Below, in pieces: positions 1 through 8,546 of a stretch of 41,075 nucleotides of DNA. The DNA is from a virus (Duplodnaviria > Heunggongvirae > Uroviricota > Caudoviricetes), in IMG/VR virus record IMGVR_UViG_2917393062_000004. The stretch is one strand, 5' to 3'. The translations under genes and the position numbers were made by a program. The first letter of the stretch is position 1; every line of letters begins with the position of its first letter. The notes under the pieces were generated by a model, which searched no databases, was not told where the DNA came from, and worked only from the letters and a program-made list of their open reading frames with translations.

Positions 1-1254
1 ATGCTGGAACAAATGGGCATTGCCGCGAAGCAAGCCTCGTATAAATTAGCGCAACTCTCCAGCCGCGAAAAAAATCGTGTGCTGGAGAAGATTGCCGATG
101 CACTGGAAGCACAAAGCGAAAGCATTCTCAACGCTAACGCGCAGGATGTTGCTGACGCGCGTGCTAATGGCCTTAGCGAAGCGATGCTTGACCGTCTGGC
201 ACTGACGCCCGCACGGCTGAAAGGCATTGCCGATGATGTGCGCCAGGTGTGTAACCTCGCCGATCCGGTGGGGCAGGTGATTGATGGCGGCGTGCTGGAC
301 AGCGGCCTGCGTCTGGAGCGTCGTCGCGTGCCGCTGGGGGTGATTGGCGTGATTTATGAAGCGCGCCCGAACGTGACGGTTGATGTTGCTTCACTGTGCC
401 TGAAAACCGGTAACGCAGTGATTCTACGTGGCGGTAAAGAAACCTGTCGCACTAACGCGGCAACGGTGGCGGTGATTCAGGACGCCCTGAAATCCTGTGG
501 CTTACCGGCGGGTGCCGTGCAGGCGATTGATAATCCGGATCGCGCACTGGTCAGTGAAATGCTGCGTATGGATAAATACATCGACATGCTAATCCCGCGC
601 GGTGGCGCTGGCCTGCACAAGCTGTGCCGCGAACAGTCGACGATTCCGGTGATCACTGGTGGCATTGGCGTCTGCCATATTTACGTTGATGAAAGTGCAG
701 AGATCGCTGAAGCATTGAAAGTGATCGTCAACGCGAAAACCCAGCGTCCGAGCACATGTAATACGGTAGAAACGTTGCTGGTGAATAAAAGCATCGCTGA
801 AAGCTTCCTGCCCGAATTAAGCAAACAAATGGCGGAAAGCGGCGTGACATTACACGCAGATGCTGCCGCGCTGGCGCAGTTGCAGGCAGGTCCCGCGAAG
901 GTGGTGGCAGTTAAAGCCGAAGAGTATGACGATGAATTTCTGTCATTAGATTTGAACGTCAAAATCGTCAGCGATCTTGACGATGCCATCGCCCATATTC
1001 GTGAACACGGCACACAACACTCCGATGCGATCCTGACCCGCGATATGCGCAACGCCCAGCGTTTTGTCAACGAAGTGGATTCGTCCGCTGTTTACGTTAA
1101 CGCCTCTACGCGTTTTACCGACGGCGGCCAGTTTGGTCTGGGGGCGGAAGTCGCGGTAAGCACACAAAAACTTCACGCGCGTGGCCCAATGGGGCTGGAA
1201 GCACTGACCACTTACAAGTGGATCGGCATTGGTGATTACACCATTCGTGCGTAA
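1..1254 (+). CDS. proA: Gamma-glutamyl phosphate reductase (glutamate-5-semialdehyde dehydrogenase)
   Basis: 417-aa ORF starting at window position 1; recognised as enterobacterial ProA by full-length sequence and aldehyde dehydrogenase-type motifs. Chromosomal flank. Confidence 0.95.
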   Translation: MLEQMGIAAKQASYKLAQLSSREKNRVLEKIADALEAQSESILNANAQDVADARANGLSEAMLDRLALTPARLKGIADDVRQVCNLADPVGQVIDGGVLDSGLRLERRRVPLGVIGVIYEARPNVTVDVASLCLKTGNAVILRGGKETCRTNAATVAVIQDALKSCGLPAGAVQAIDNPDRALVSEMLRMDKYIDMLIPRGGAGLHKLCREQSTIPVITGGIGVCHIYVDESAEIAEALKVIVNAKTQRPSTCNTVETLLVNKSIAESFLPELSKQMAESGVTLHADAAALAQLQAGPAKVVAVKAEEYDDEFLSLDLNVKIVSDLDDAIAHIREHGTQHSDAILTRDMRNAQRFVNEVDSSAVYVNASTRFTDGGQFGLGAEVAVSTQKLHARGPMGLEALTTYKWIGIGDYTIRA

Positions 1255-1368
1255 ATAAAAACGGGTGATGCAAAAGTAGCCATTTGATTCACAAGGCCAT
1301 TGACGCATCGCCCGGTTAGTTTTAACCTTGTCCACCGTGATTCACGTTCGTGAACATGTCCTTTCAGG

Positions 1369-1444
1369 GCCGATATAGCTCAGTTGGTAGAGCAGCGCAT
1401 TCGTAATGCGAAGGTCGTAGGTTCGACTCCTATTATCGGCACCA
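1369..1444 (+). tRNA. thrW: tRNA-Thr (anticodon CGU)
   Basis: 76-nt cloverleaf GCCGATATAGCTCAGTTGGTAGAGCAGCGCATTCGTAATGCG...GGTTCGACTCCTATTATCGGCACCA with encoded CCA; anticodon loop T-CGT-AA; sits directly after proA as in E. coli. Integrase gene starts 15 nt downstream. Confidence 0.9.
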
Positions 1445-1458
1445 TTAAAATCAATAAG

Positions 1459-2622
1459 TTACACATCATTAGTACCTTCCTTATTTTTTGACTGGGACAA
1501 ATTTGGGACCGATGGGTTCAGGATCGAGTCTATTTGCCGTGCGTGTTCGGTAAGGTGATTAGGTGCAAGGTGAGCATATCGACGAACCATTTCGATAGAC
1601 TCCCAGCCTCCCATTTCCTGTAACACTGACAATGGGACTCCGGCTTGAACCAGCCAACTTGCCCAGGTGTGTCTCAAGTCGTGAAATCTGAAATCATCAA
1701 TACCAGCCCGTCTCAGCGCCGCTTTCCAGGCTGTGTTTGCGTCATACCGCATCTTCCTTACTGTTGGCGCTTTCGTTCCGTCTGGTTTGGTACAGCTTTC
1801 CTTGTACACAAATACCCAACGGTGATGATTCCCGATTTGTTTTTTCAATACGCGACATGCAGTATCATTCAGCGCAACGCCAATTGCGCGGTTTGATTTA
1901 CTCTCTTCCGGGTTTATCCATGCCACCCGGCGCTGCATATCTATTTGTTGCCATTCAAGGTTGATGATGTTCGAGCGTCTTAAGCCTGTTGCCAGTGCAA
2001 ATTCAACAACAGACTTTAATGGCTCCGGACATTCATCAATCAGCCTTTGTGCTTCATGGGGCTCCAGCCAGCGGATCCGTTTATTCTTTGGTTGAGGCAC
2101 TTTAATAATTGGTGCCTTATCCAGCATTTTCCATTCACGCTCTGCGGCTCTTAGTAGGGCCTTTATAAATGAAAGATGCGTAGCCTTCGTTGCAACGGAC
2201 GCTGGTTTTGGCGTGTATTCTGGAACAGGTTTCCCTTTTTTTCTGCATGCTTCTGCCCTGAGTTTCCAGTTTTCCTCATGACGCCGGTTCGTCATTTTCT
2301 GCATTGCTGAATAAATTTTTGATTCAGTAATGTCTCTTAGTTGCATTCCTGCGAAATGTTGAAGCCAGAATCCGATCCGGCTTTTGTCATCGTCCAGTGA
2401 TTTTTTATGTGCTTTCTCTTCAAGCCACCTGACACACGCTTCCTCGAACGTTATATCAGGTATTTCACCAAGTTTGCTGACCCGCCATGCTTCAGCCTTT
2501 AGCTTGTCATGGAGTTCTGTCGCCTGCCTTTTGTCCTTTGTTCCAAGAGACTGTTTAAATCTTTTACCGTTCGGCAATGTGAAACTGGCGTACCATATTT
2601 CACCTCTGCGGAAGAGTGACAT
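1459..2622 (-). CDS. Tyrosine-type site-specific integrase
   Basis: 387-aa ORF with C-terminal catalytic-domain signature ([41 protein letters not shown]); adjacent to tRNA 3' end. Confidence 0.9.
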   Translation of the reverse strand: MSLFRRGEIWYASFTLPNGKRFKQSLGTKDKRQATELHDKLKAEAWRVSKLGEIPDITFEEACVRWLEEKAHKKSLDDDKSRIGFWLQHFAGMQLRDITESKIYSAMQKMTNRRHEENWKLRAEACRKKGKPVPEYTPKPASVATKATHLSFIKALLRAAEREWKMLDKAPIIKVPQPKNKRIRWLEPHEAQRLIDECPEPLKSVVEFALATGLRRSNIINLEWQQIDMQRRVAWINPEESKSNRAIGVALNDTACRVLKKQIGNHHRWVFVYKESCTKPDGTKAPTVRKMRYDANTAWKAALRRAGIDDFRFHDLRHTWASWLVQAGVPLSVLQEMGGWESIEMVRRYAHLAPNHLTEHARQIDSILNPSVPNLSQSKNKEGTNDV

Positions 2623-2849
2623 TTTCTTTCCTCTGTTATGCCATCACCCGCGCTCACCTGGACAGTATGCAGCGGAGACTGAAGAGCCGCAATGCAGGCT
2701 TGTCGTGTTGTGAGGTAAGGAGATTTATTCTTAGTGGGATCTTTGCGTGTTGCCTGAAGACGCCCTGTGCGTATCCAGTTAATGGCAGTCGGTCTGGATA
2801 TCTTGAGAAAATGACAGGCCTCATCGAGTGTGAGGCTGTATGGCTCCAT
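2499..2849 (-). CDS. Putative excisionase / small DNA-binding protein (start taken at internal Met [11 protein letters not shown])
   Basis: HTH-like N-terminus ([26 protein letters not shown]) immediately upstream of int; ATG overlaps the stop of the upstream gene; 3' portion overlaps the int start, so true extent is uncertain. Confidence 0.5.
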   Translation of the reverse strand: MEPYSLTLDEACHFLKISRPTAINWIRTGRLQATRKDPTKNKSPYLTTRQACIAALQSPLHTVQVSAGDGITEERKCHSSAEVKYGTPVSHCRTVKDLNSLLEQRTKGRRQNSMTS

Positions 2850-3154
2850 TATTTCACCTCTTGCTGTGACATTGTTGAAAAATGGATACCAGCTCGTTGC
2901 TGCCAGACGATCCAACCGAGAGTCATATCCCATGCCATGTATTCGTTATCGCCGTTTTTTGCTCTCCGACGATCTACTAAGTCACCGAAACGCTTTTCCA
3001 TGAATAATTCATAAGCTTCGCGTTCATCTGGTTCTACTTCCAGAGATAGGAGTGCGATTTCATAAGCACGGCGCTCAATATCGTCTCGCACGTCAAGGCT
3101 GCTGATACGCTCTTTAATTTCTTTAATCAGTTCTTTGTCGGTAAAAGTGGTCAT
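2849..3154 (-). CDS. yfdT: Hypothetical phage protein, YfdT-like (101 aa)
   Basis: ORF with GGAG RBS and TAATG overlap with upstream gene; length and position match CPS-53 yfdT as recalled. Confidence 0.5.
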   Translation of the reverse strand: MTTFTDKELIKEIKERISSLDVRDDIERRAYEIALLSLEVEPDEREAYELFMEKRFGDLVDRRRAKNGDNEYMAWDMTLGWIVWQQRAGIHFSTMSQQEVK

Positions 3155-3516
3155 TATGCTCCAGCCTCCGGTGCTTTTGGCATTACTGCCCAGTGAGTGA
3201 TATTGACGTTTTCAAGGTCCCCGACCTGAAATGTCCACTGCCATTCTCCGGTTTCTTTTTGTCCCCAGGTGTACCAGAGAGAACGCCAGCCAATTAGCCA
3301 GCCTTCTCCGTTAGCATCGAATAACAAAACACTTTCATTTGCTGGTGGCAGTTCAGTTGACACTGGTATTACTTTGTTTTCCTGTGCTGCACATTTAGCT
3401 TCAAGCGCATCGAATTTACGCACCAGGTATTCAGCATCTGTTTCATTTACTTTCAGATCTCGCGGTACACATCTCCCACGAAGAAACCCTTCCATTTCGA
3501 AAACATTCATGCGCAT
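3154..3516 (-). CDS. yfdS: DUF551-like phage protein, YfdS-like (120 aa)
   Basis: 120-aa ORF; Trp-rich C-terminal region typical of DUF551 as recalled; position downstream of yfdR homolog. Confidence 0.5.
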   Translation of the reverse strand: MRMNVFEMEGFLRGRCVPRDLKVNETDAEYLVRKFDALEAKCAAQENKVIPVSTELPPANESVLLFDANGEGWLIGWRSLWYTWGQKETGEWQWTFQVGDLENVNITHWAVMPKAPEAGA

Positions 3517-4043
3517 TTGCGTAACTCCGATAACTCGTTAAAGCGTTCCATAAACATCCCGTAGGCATGGCCCGGTGCCAGTGGAATCACGTTGAACATC
3601 TCTGTTGCCGGGATACCTTCCAGTACAGGCCAGAAAGAGCCATCATCAAGCCCGAGATCGCGGCGTTCGGTTGCCAGCATGATGAGATCGGCATATTTCA
3701 CGGGCGTACTCATAACTGGGGGTAACCCGTATTTCTCACGGATTACGGCGTCTATTTTTTCTTCCATTTGTTTATAGTCAGGAAGAAGGCGTTTCAGTGG
3801 TGCGGGAATGTCCTGGCAATACGCTTCTGTTGCATCATGCATTAACGCTTCAAAAGCAAATTCCTGCGGCACCAGCTGGCTGCAAAGAACCGCATGTTGG
3901 GCGACGCTGTAGAAGTGCGAAAGATGACCGGCAAAGCGACAGATATTTGAAAGGGAAACCGCGATATCGTTAATATCGATGTCGTCTTTATTTATCCTGT
4001 CATAATAAAAATGCTTCCCGGAAAAAGTTTTAATAAATGACAT
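3507..4043 (-). CDS. yfdR: HD-domain phosphohydrolase (5'-deoxynucleotidase YfdR-like); start at MSFIKTF
   Basis: HD motif context (FAGHLSHFYSVAQHA...LMHDATEAY); GGAGAA RBS before the internal ATG; 178 aa matches YfdR as recalled. Confidence 0.75.
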   Translation of the reverse strand: MSFIKTFSGKHFYYDRINKDDIDINDIAVSLSNICRFAGHLSHFYSVAQHAVLCSQLVPQEFAFEALMHDATEAYCQDIPAPLKRLLPDYKQMEEKIDAVIREKYGLPPVMSTPVKYADLIMLATERRDLGLDDGSFWPVLEGIPATEMFNVIPLAPGHAYGMFMERFNELSELRKCA

Positions 4044-4138
4044 TTTGTTCTCCACGTATATGCGCTGCACCGCGCTGAATTCTGGTAAAAAGAATCCCTC
4101 ACCATCCGGCGATTATTGAGTAAATTACGTTTCCATAA

Positions 4139-4156
4139 ATGCCCCCGCAGGGGCAT
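4139..4156 (-). terminator. GC-rich stem-loop between yfdQ-like and yfdR-like genes (possible attenuator)
   Basis: Inverted repeat ATGCCCC-CGCA-GGGGCAT read directly; no clean U-tract, so function uncertain. Confidence 0.25.
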
Positions 4157-4170
4157 TTGCAGTAATGAAA

Positions 4171-4995
4171 TCAGGCGGTGAAAGTACCAATAAAGGTTTC
4201 TACTTTGCTGTCCTTGAATTTCTCAACAAGCAGATCACGAAATTCGTTAGCCATTTCTTCCTGCACCGCCTCCAGCTGAATAATGCGCAGAACCAGTACA
4301 GGACGATCGCCAGTGATAATACTAAGGCGTAATTTAAACGGACGTTCTTTCAGACCTTCAAACGGAACGCATTTAAATTCAAATGCCACTGGCATAATGT
4401 CTTTGGTCTTCGCTTCGACAGACTCCATCAGGGAGCGTTTGCCGCTGAAGTCATTATCTTCAAAATCAGCGGTCTGGTTTGCTTCAATCGTGATTTTACG
4501 GACAGCCGCAGCCGCTTTTGTTGCCTGAATAGCGTCACCATTAGCATCAAAGCCCACAAGATAGTCGGCCCAGTCTTCAATCCATTCTGCCAGTGACTTC
4601 TGGGAGTTACGCTCGCCGTTAACAGACAACAGAGCAGAGAACGGTGCTGTCTTTTTCAGTTTGAGTGTGGCGGTGTTATCTGCGTGACCTGGTTCATCAA
4701 TAGTACCCAGGTTAAGCACACTGACGGCACGCATATTATCAGCATCGATAAAGCAGCGGGTGCCTTCATCTGCAAGATCTTTAGAATAACGGGTAAAGTC
4801 ATCGATGCTGGCAGTGGAAAGCGCACCACGGAAACGGAAGCGATTTAAATTAAATTTTTCCAGATCATGAATGCGGAAATTCTCAGGCAATGCCACAGCA
4901 TCGGCACCAATCTTACTGATAATTTCATTAACACCCTGAGCAGAAATAAGGGCATGGATTTGATTAATTGCGGTTGCGTCTAAGTTCTGAGACAT
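4171..4995 (-). CDS. yfdQ: DUF2303-type phage protein, YfdQ-like (274 aa)
   Basis: 274-aa ORF with GAGGA RBS; length and N-terminus (MSQNLD...) match recalled CPS-53 YfdQ. Confidence 0.65.
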   Translation of the reverse strand: MSQNLDATAINQIHALISAQGVNEIISKIGADAVALPENFRIHDLEKFNLNRFRFRGALSTASIDDFTRYSKDLADEGTRCFIDADNMRAVSVLNLGTIDEPGHADNTATLKLKKTAPFSALLSVNGERNSQKSLAEWIEDWADYLVGFDANGDAIQATKAAAAVRKITIEANQTADFEDNDFSGKRSLMESVEAKTKDIMPVAFEFKCVPFEGLKERPFKLRLSIITGDRPVLVLRIIQLEAVQEEMANEFRDLLVEKFKDSKVETFIGTFTA

Positions 4996-5060
4996 AATAA
5001 GTCCTCACTATATAAAGATATTCAGTGATGAGATAAATAATCAGTTAATTAAAAACGATA

Positions 5061-5423
5061 TTAACGACCTGCTGCGCGGAGTTTTCCGTCAGGTTCACCG
5101 GCAAGAGTCAGTAACTGTCCCTGGTCTTCCTGCAGAATAGTCAGGCGACCACCGCGATTGACATACATCGGCGTTTCGGTGGTGTCTTCTTCGGAAATTT
5201 TCCCGCGGTTAGTCGGGCGAACATATGAGAGTTTGTGTTTGATTTTCACACGGTTCTCATCAAATGGTTCGATTTCCAGGTTGAGTGAGACCTTACCTTT
5301 GGTTTTCGTGTTCATCACACCGGAAGCGACTTCACTGAGAACTGCGCCGATTTTGGTTTCAAATACGCCGCCGTCCAGCTCCCCGATAAATGCCTGCACA
5401 TCAGTACTGCGTTCGCTAGCCAT
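5061..5423 (-). CDS. yfdP: Hypothetical phage protein, YfdP-like (120 aa; start at MASERST)
   Basis: Strong RBS GAGGAG 7 nt before the internal ATG; the longer 226-aa ORF upstream extension runs through GC-rich structured DNA and is probably not coding. Confidence 0.6.
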   Translation of the reverse strand: MASERSTDVQAFIGELDGGVFETKIGAVLSEVASGVMNTKTKGKVSLNLEIEPFDENRVKIKHKLSYVRPTNRGKISEEDTTETPMYVNRGGRLTILQEDQGQLLTLAGEPDGKLRAAGR

Positions 5424-5464
5424 TTTGCTGCTCCTCATCATATCGACCCTGCAAGGCCGATTAG

Positions 5465-5660
5465 TTTCTCCACAAAACAGAGAAGAACACCTGCGGTGGC
5501 AGCCGCCCGGATGGATTGGGTTATGAGCCCGTCGTCCGGTGATGCTCTTCTCTGTTTTGTAAAAAGGACGGTACCAGCCGGAAGCAAGGGTACAAGCTGG
5601 TACCGCCAGGACTACACACAGCATAAAGTTGTGGTGCCGGGTGCCTCCCGGTGCCTGGCG
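5465..5660. other. GC-rich structured non-coding block with long inverted repeats (candidate ncRNA or regulatory RNA structure)
   Basis: 15-bp perfect inverted repeat ACAAAACAGAGAAGA / TCTTCTCTGTTTTGT (about 5472-5486 and 5548-5562) plus 4 more pairing bp; second 9-bp stem GGTACCAGC/GCTGGTACC (about 5568-5605); CCGGG-TGCCT-CCCGG hairpin (about 5638-5652). Confidence 0.3.
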
Positions 5661-5860
5661 AAGGTTGCACACCAGGCGGGTGGGTATCCACAGAAGGTCG
5701 ACTGTCAGCCTCAACCTTAACCCGCGTGCGCTGAGCCGCATTCACCACAACGCTAAGGATTCTCTTTGGTTGAAAATACTTAGCTGTTATGTGCCTGTCT
5801 TTTCACCACTTCAGGCTCGGTGGTATCCTTTTAAGCCCGTATACATAAAAGGAAAATCAA

Positions 5861-6106
5861 ATGACTTTTGATGAAAAAGAACTTGATAATGCAATTAATA
5901 AAATCATCGTAACGTCGCTCTTTTCCTGTCTCAGCGACACTCAGCAGAAACAGTTCTACGAATCGGCTTTCAACATGATCGAGCGTTGTTGTTTCTGCGA
6001 TGCCGACGAGTTACCTGAAAAAATCAGGAAACAGTTGGCTGATGCTCTTCGAGTGCGACTTTCTGACCAATTTTCTGAAATGTGCTCTCCGAATTTGGAC
6101 AAATAG
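5861..6106 (+). CDS. Hypothetical small protein (81 aa), immunity-region cargo candidate
   Basis: ORF with AAGGA-type RBS and protein-like codon usage; opposite orientation to the early-left operon; 3' end overlaps the convergent ORF. Confidence 0.35.
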   Translation: MTFDEKELDNAINKIIVTSLFSCLSDTQQKQFYESAFNMIERCCFCDADELPEKIRKQLADALRVRLSDQFSEMCSPNLDK

Positions 6107-6299
6107 AAAAAGGCCATTTCCATTCAGGGTCTGATGGAAATACTTCAGCCTGTTCCAAAGCACGGCGTAAAGAGAACACAACTCCAGCCATAATCTGATG
6201 TTTCCCATTGGTCCAGCTATCGCCGCTCTGATCTACAGGGGCGGCTATGTCGTATGACCAAACGACTTCACAGTTATTGTTTAAAATCTGGACTTTCAT
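6024..6299 (-). CDS. Hypothetical early-left protein (91 aa; start at MKVQIL), first gene downstream of pL/OL
   Basis: AGGTG RBS 6 nt before ATG; occupies the position of N in lambda but lacks an Arg-rich N-terminus. Confidence 0.4.
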   Translation of the reverse strand: MKVQILNNNCEVVWSYDIAAPVDQSGDSWTNGKHQIMAGVVFSLRRALEQAEVFPSDPEWKWPFSICPNSESTFQKIGQKVALEEHQPTVS

Positions 6300-6506
6300 T
6301 TCATACACCTGCTTTAACATGAGTGCCTAGTGGCACAACATGACTCAACGAATCATCCTGGACTTCATATGCCCCAGGCGGCTACTTCGTGGGCGTCCTG
6401 CCTGTTCGTTTTTGACATTTACTGACTGCTTACGACACATGCACCGTGTTGCAACCAGATTTTGTTGTAATCCTGTAGTTGGTCTGGAACAAAAGATAAA
6501 ATTAAA

Positions 6507-6543
6507 TTGCGATATATGCAAGTGGTATTTGCGTGATATGCAA
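6507..6543. promoter_or_regulatory. OL-like operators (two 15-bp palindromes TTGCGATATATGCAA and TTGCGTGATATGCAA) with presumed pL
   Basis: Palindromic TTGC-N7-GCAA sites, centres about 22 bp apart, same motif as the sites next to cro/cI. Confidence 0.55.
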
Positions 6544-6554
6544 ATTGATAGGTA

Positions 6555-6578
6555 ATAAAAAGCCACCTTTCGGTGGCC
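6555..6578 (-). terminator. Intrinsic terminator downstream of cI
   Basis: Minus-strand hairpin GCCACC-GAAA-GGTGGC followed by U-run, about 20 nt after the cI stop. Confidence 0.6.
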
Positions 6579-6596
6579 GATGGAAGGATATTGAGG

Positions 6597-7289
6597 TTAA
6601 TTATGTCTCTTAAGGGTTTGCGACTGACTGATTAAGACCTTTCCAAAGACCATGAATCGGTGTTCGTTTTCGCTAGTAATTCCCCATTCACGGTAAATCT
6701 GGTTATCAGAAATCACCAGCAGTTTGTCAGGAATCATTTGAAGTCTTTTAACGTATATTTTGTCATCAAAACCAAAGACATATATACCATCACCATCAAA
6801 CTGATTGATGCTGACATCAACGAAGATGAGATCTCCTGGCTCAATGGTTGGACACATACTGTCCCCACGAACGTTGATAACTTTGATGTGATTGGCTGGT
6901 CGTCCGCCGAACATTGATACAGCATTATCAGTTCTGTATTCGATGGCATGAATCACATCAATGACATCACCGCCCTGGATAAGGCCATTTCCCGCACTGG
7001 CACTGATATCCAGCATTTCAATACGGAACACATCCTTCACCTGCGCAACATCCTCATCATTACTGTTTTTATATACAGTATTACTTTTGTGGGCAGAGGT
7101 AAAGAGATCAGCAATATCAACACCTAAGCTCTTGGCAATATTACTCAGTGTTTGTTCGGTAAATTGTTTTTGCTTACCCGTTTCTAAGCGCGAGATGTTC
7201 GCCGCATCTACTCCTATTGCTTCAGCGAGATCGGCGATTTTCATGTTCTTCGCTTGGCGAAGTTGTCTGACTCGGTTTCCTATGTTCAT
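6597..7289 (-). CDS. CI-type prophage repressor (N-terminal XRE HTH, C-terminal S24/LexA-like autopeptidase)
   Basis: HTH motif (IADLAEAIGVDAANISRLETG); C-terminal region with GDSM Ser motif and downstream Lys (KRLQ); divergent from cro across an operator region; no SD before ATG (possibly leaderless). Confidence 0.9.
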   Translation of the reverse strand: MNIGNRVRQLRQAKNMKIADLAEAIGVDAANISRLETGKQKQFTEQTLSNIAKSLGVDIADLFTSAHKSNTVYKNSNDEDVAQVKDVFRIEMLDISASAGNGLIQGGDVIDVIHAIEYRTDNAVSMFGGRPANHIKVINVRGDSMCPTIEPGDLIFVDVSINQFDGDGIYVFGFDDKIYVKRLQMIPDKLLVISDNQIYREWGITSENEHRFMVFGKVLISQSQTLKRHN

Positions 7290-7309
7290 GCGTTTATTAC
7301 ATTTCTTTA

Positions 7310-7372
7310 TTGCGTGATAAGCAAATCAACTTGCGCAAAATAATTGCGTGAAATAACATGCATAACGCGCAA
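7310..7372. promoter_or_regulatory. OR-like operator cluster with presumed PRM/PR promoters
   Basis: Three TTGCG/CGCAA-type sites (TTGCGTGATAAGCAA at about 7310-7324, TTGCGCAA at about 7331, ATGCATAACGCGCAA at about 7358-7372) with about 24-bp spacing between the divergent cI and cro starts. Confidence 0.6.
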
Positions 7373-7386
7373 TATTTGGAGGGCGT

Positions 7387-7647
7387 ATGCAATCACCATT
7401 ACGAAATGTGCGTAAGGCGCATGGTTTCACTTTGCAGCATGTTGCTGCAGGTGTTCAAGTCAATCCAGCGACGTTGAGTCGTATTGAGAGGCTGGAGCAG
7501 ATTCCATCTATCGAGCTTGCAGAACGTTTAGCCAATTTTTTTAAGGGTGAAGTCAGCGAAATGCAGATTCTTTATCCGGCACGTTTTCAATCTAGCCAAA
7601 ACCAGAATGGGTTTAAACCACAGGAACAGGAGGTGAACCGTGGGTAA
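7387..7647 (+). CDS. Cro-like HTH regulator (XRE family)
   Basis: 86-aa ORF with GGAGG RBS; HTH motif (LQHVAAGVQVNPATLSRIERLEQIPS); divergent from cI. Confidence 0.8.
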   Translation: MQSPLRNVRKAHGFTLQHVAAGVQVNPATLSRIERLEQIPSIELAERLANFFKGEVSEMQILYPARFQSSQNQNGFKPQEQEVNRG

Positions 7648-8191
7648 GCATCACTGGAAAGTAGAAAAACAGCCTGAGTGGTACGTGAAAGCTGTCAGAA
7701 AAACTATCGCAGCGTTGCCGGGGGGGTACGCTGAAGCTGCTGACTGGCTGGATGTAACAGAGCACGCATTATTTAACCGCCTTCGTGCCGATGGCGATCA
7801 GATTTTCCCGCTGGGATGGGCAATGATTTTGCAACGTGCTGGTGGAACTCACTTCATTGCTGACGCTGTGGCGCAGTCTGCAAATGGCGTCTTTGTGTCT
7901 CTTCCTGATGTCGAGGATGTGGACAACGCCGATATCAACCAACGCCTGCTGGAAGTCATTGAACAGATCGGCAGTTATTCAAAACAGATTCGTTCAGCAA
8001 TTGAAGACGGTGTAGTGGAACCGCATGAGAAGACAGCAATTAACGATGAGCTGTACCTCTCAATTTCGAAGCTGCAGGAGCATGCAGCTCTGGTCTACAA
8101 AATCTTTTGCGTTTCAGAAAGTAGTGACGCCCGCGAGTGTGCAGCTCCGGGCGCCGTGGCGTGTCGTGACTGTGGAGAAACTAACGCATGA
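7640..8191 (+). CDS. Putative CII-position regulatory protein (tentatively CP76/YdaT-like)
   Basis: 183-aa ORF, GTG start with AGGAGG RBS, directly after cro; family assignment from recollection only. Confidence 0.4.
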   Translation: MGKHHWKVEKQPEWYVKAVRKTIAALPGGYAEAADWLDVTEHALFNRLRADGDQIFPLGWAMILQRAGGTHFIADAVAQSANGVFVSLPDVEDVDNADINQRLLEVIEQIGSYSKQIRSAIEDGVVEPHEKTAINDELYLSISKLQEHAALVYKIFCVSESSDARECAAPGAVACRDCGETNA

Positions 8192-8526
8192 ACAGTTTAA
8201 CAACACACTACCGTCGCTCGCAACTGATTGCGCTTCCTGTACCGGGTGGAAAAGCGAAGGTGGAGTATTGCTATGCAGTAAATGTACCAGGTGACAGGGA
8301 AATTGTAACCCACAGCTTTGCAGAGTGGGCTGTGGGTGATTTCAACCGGCAGAAGGAGACAGTCCTTTGCGACAAGTTAACCGCTGGTTCAAAGATCACT
8401 ACGGAGTGCCCGTCAGAGTCATTCGTTGGGAGCCGGAAACACAACGTGTTATCTACCTCCGCGAAGGCTATGAGCATGAGTGCTTCAGCCCGCTCGAACA
8501 GTTTCGTCGTAAATTCAGGGAAATAG
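8188..8526 (+). CDS. Hypothetical protein (112 aa); C-terminal third is Ser-rich and overlaps a better-supported ORF in another frame
   Basis: GGAGAAA RBS; N-terminal 60 aa protein-like, remainder low complexity. Confidence 0.35.
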   Translation: MNSLTTHYRRSQLIALPVPGGKAKVEYCYAVNVPGDREIVTHSFAEWAVGDFNRQKETVLCDKLTAGSKITTECPSESFVGSRKHNVLSTSAKAMSMSASARSNSFVVNSGK

Positions 8527-8546
8527 AGGTCGGTCATGAGCACTAA
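8367..8546 (+). CDS. Small DUF4222-like phage protein (59 aa, TTG start)
   Basis: Strong RBS AAGGAGA 7 nt before TTG; product [46 protein letters not shown] resembles recalled DUF4222 prophage proteins; not in ORF track (non-ATG start). Confidence 0.45.
   Translation: MRQVNRWFKDHYGVPVRVIRWEPETQRVIYLREGYEHECFSPLEQFRRKFREIEVGHEH

Noticed and set aside
1255-1368. thrW promoter hexamers in the proA-thrW intergenic region
   Set aside because: A TTGACG -35-like hexamer is present but no convincing -10 at proper spacing could be assigned by eye; not reported as a feature.
5465-5660. Retron msr-msd ncRNA as an explanation for the long inverted repeats
   Set aside because: No reverse transcriptase ORF anywhere nearby; the structure is noted as an unexplained RNA or DNA element instead.
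5496-5871. Overlapping ORFs of 74-80 aa on both strands within the GC-rich structured block (5496-5720 +, 5521-5748 -, 5629-5871 +) and the 5' extension of the 226-aa ORF 5061-5741
   Set aside because: No RBS, Pro/Arg/Gly-rich translations typical of random GC-rich sequence, mutually overlapping; the yfdP-like gene has a strong RBS at the internal Met, so the upstream extension is not coding.
6340-6566. ORFs 6340-6555 (+) and 6345-6566 (-)
   Set aside because: They overlap the OL operators, the pL leader and the cI terminator; low-complexity translations and no RBS.
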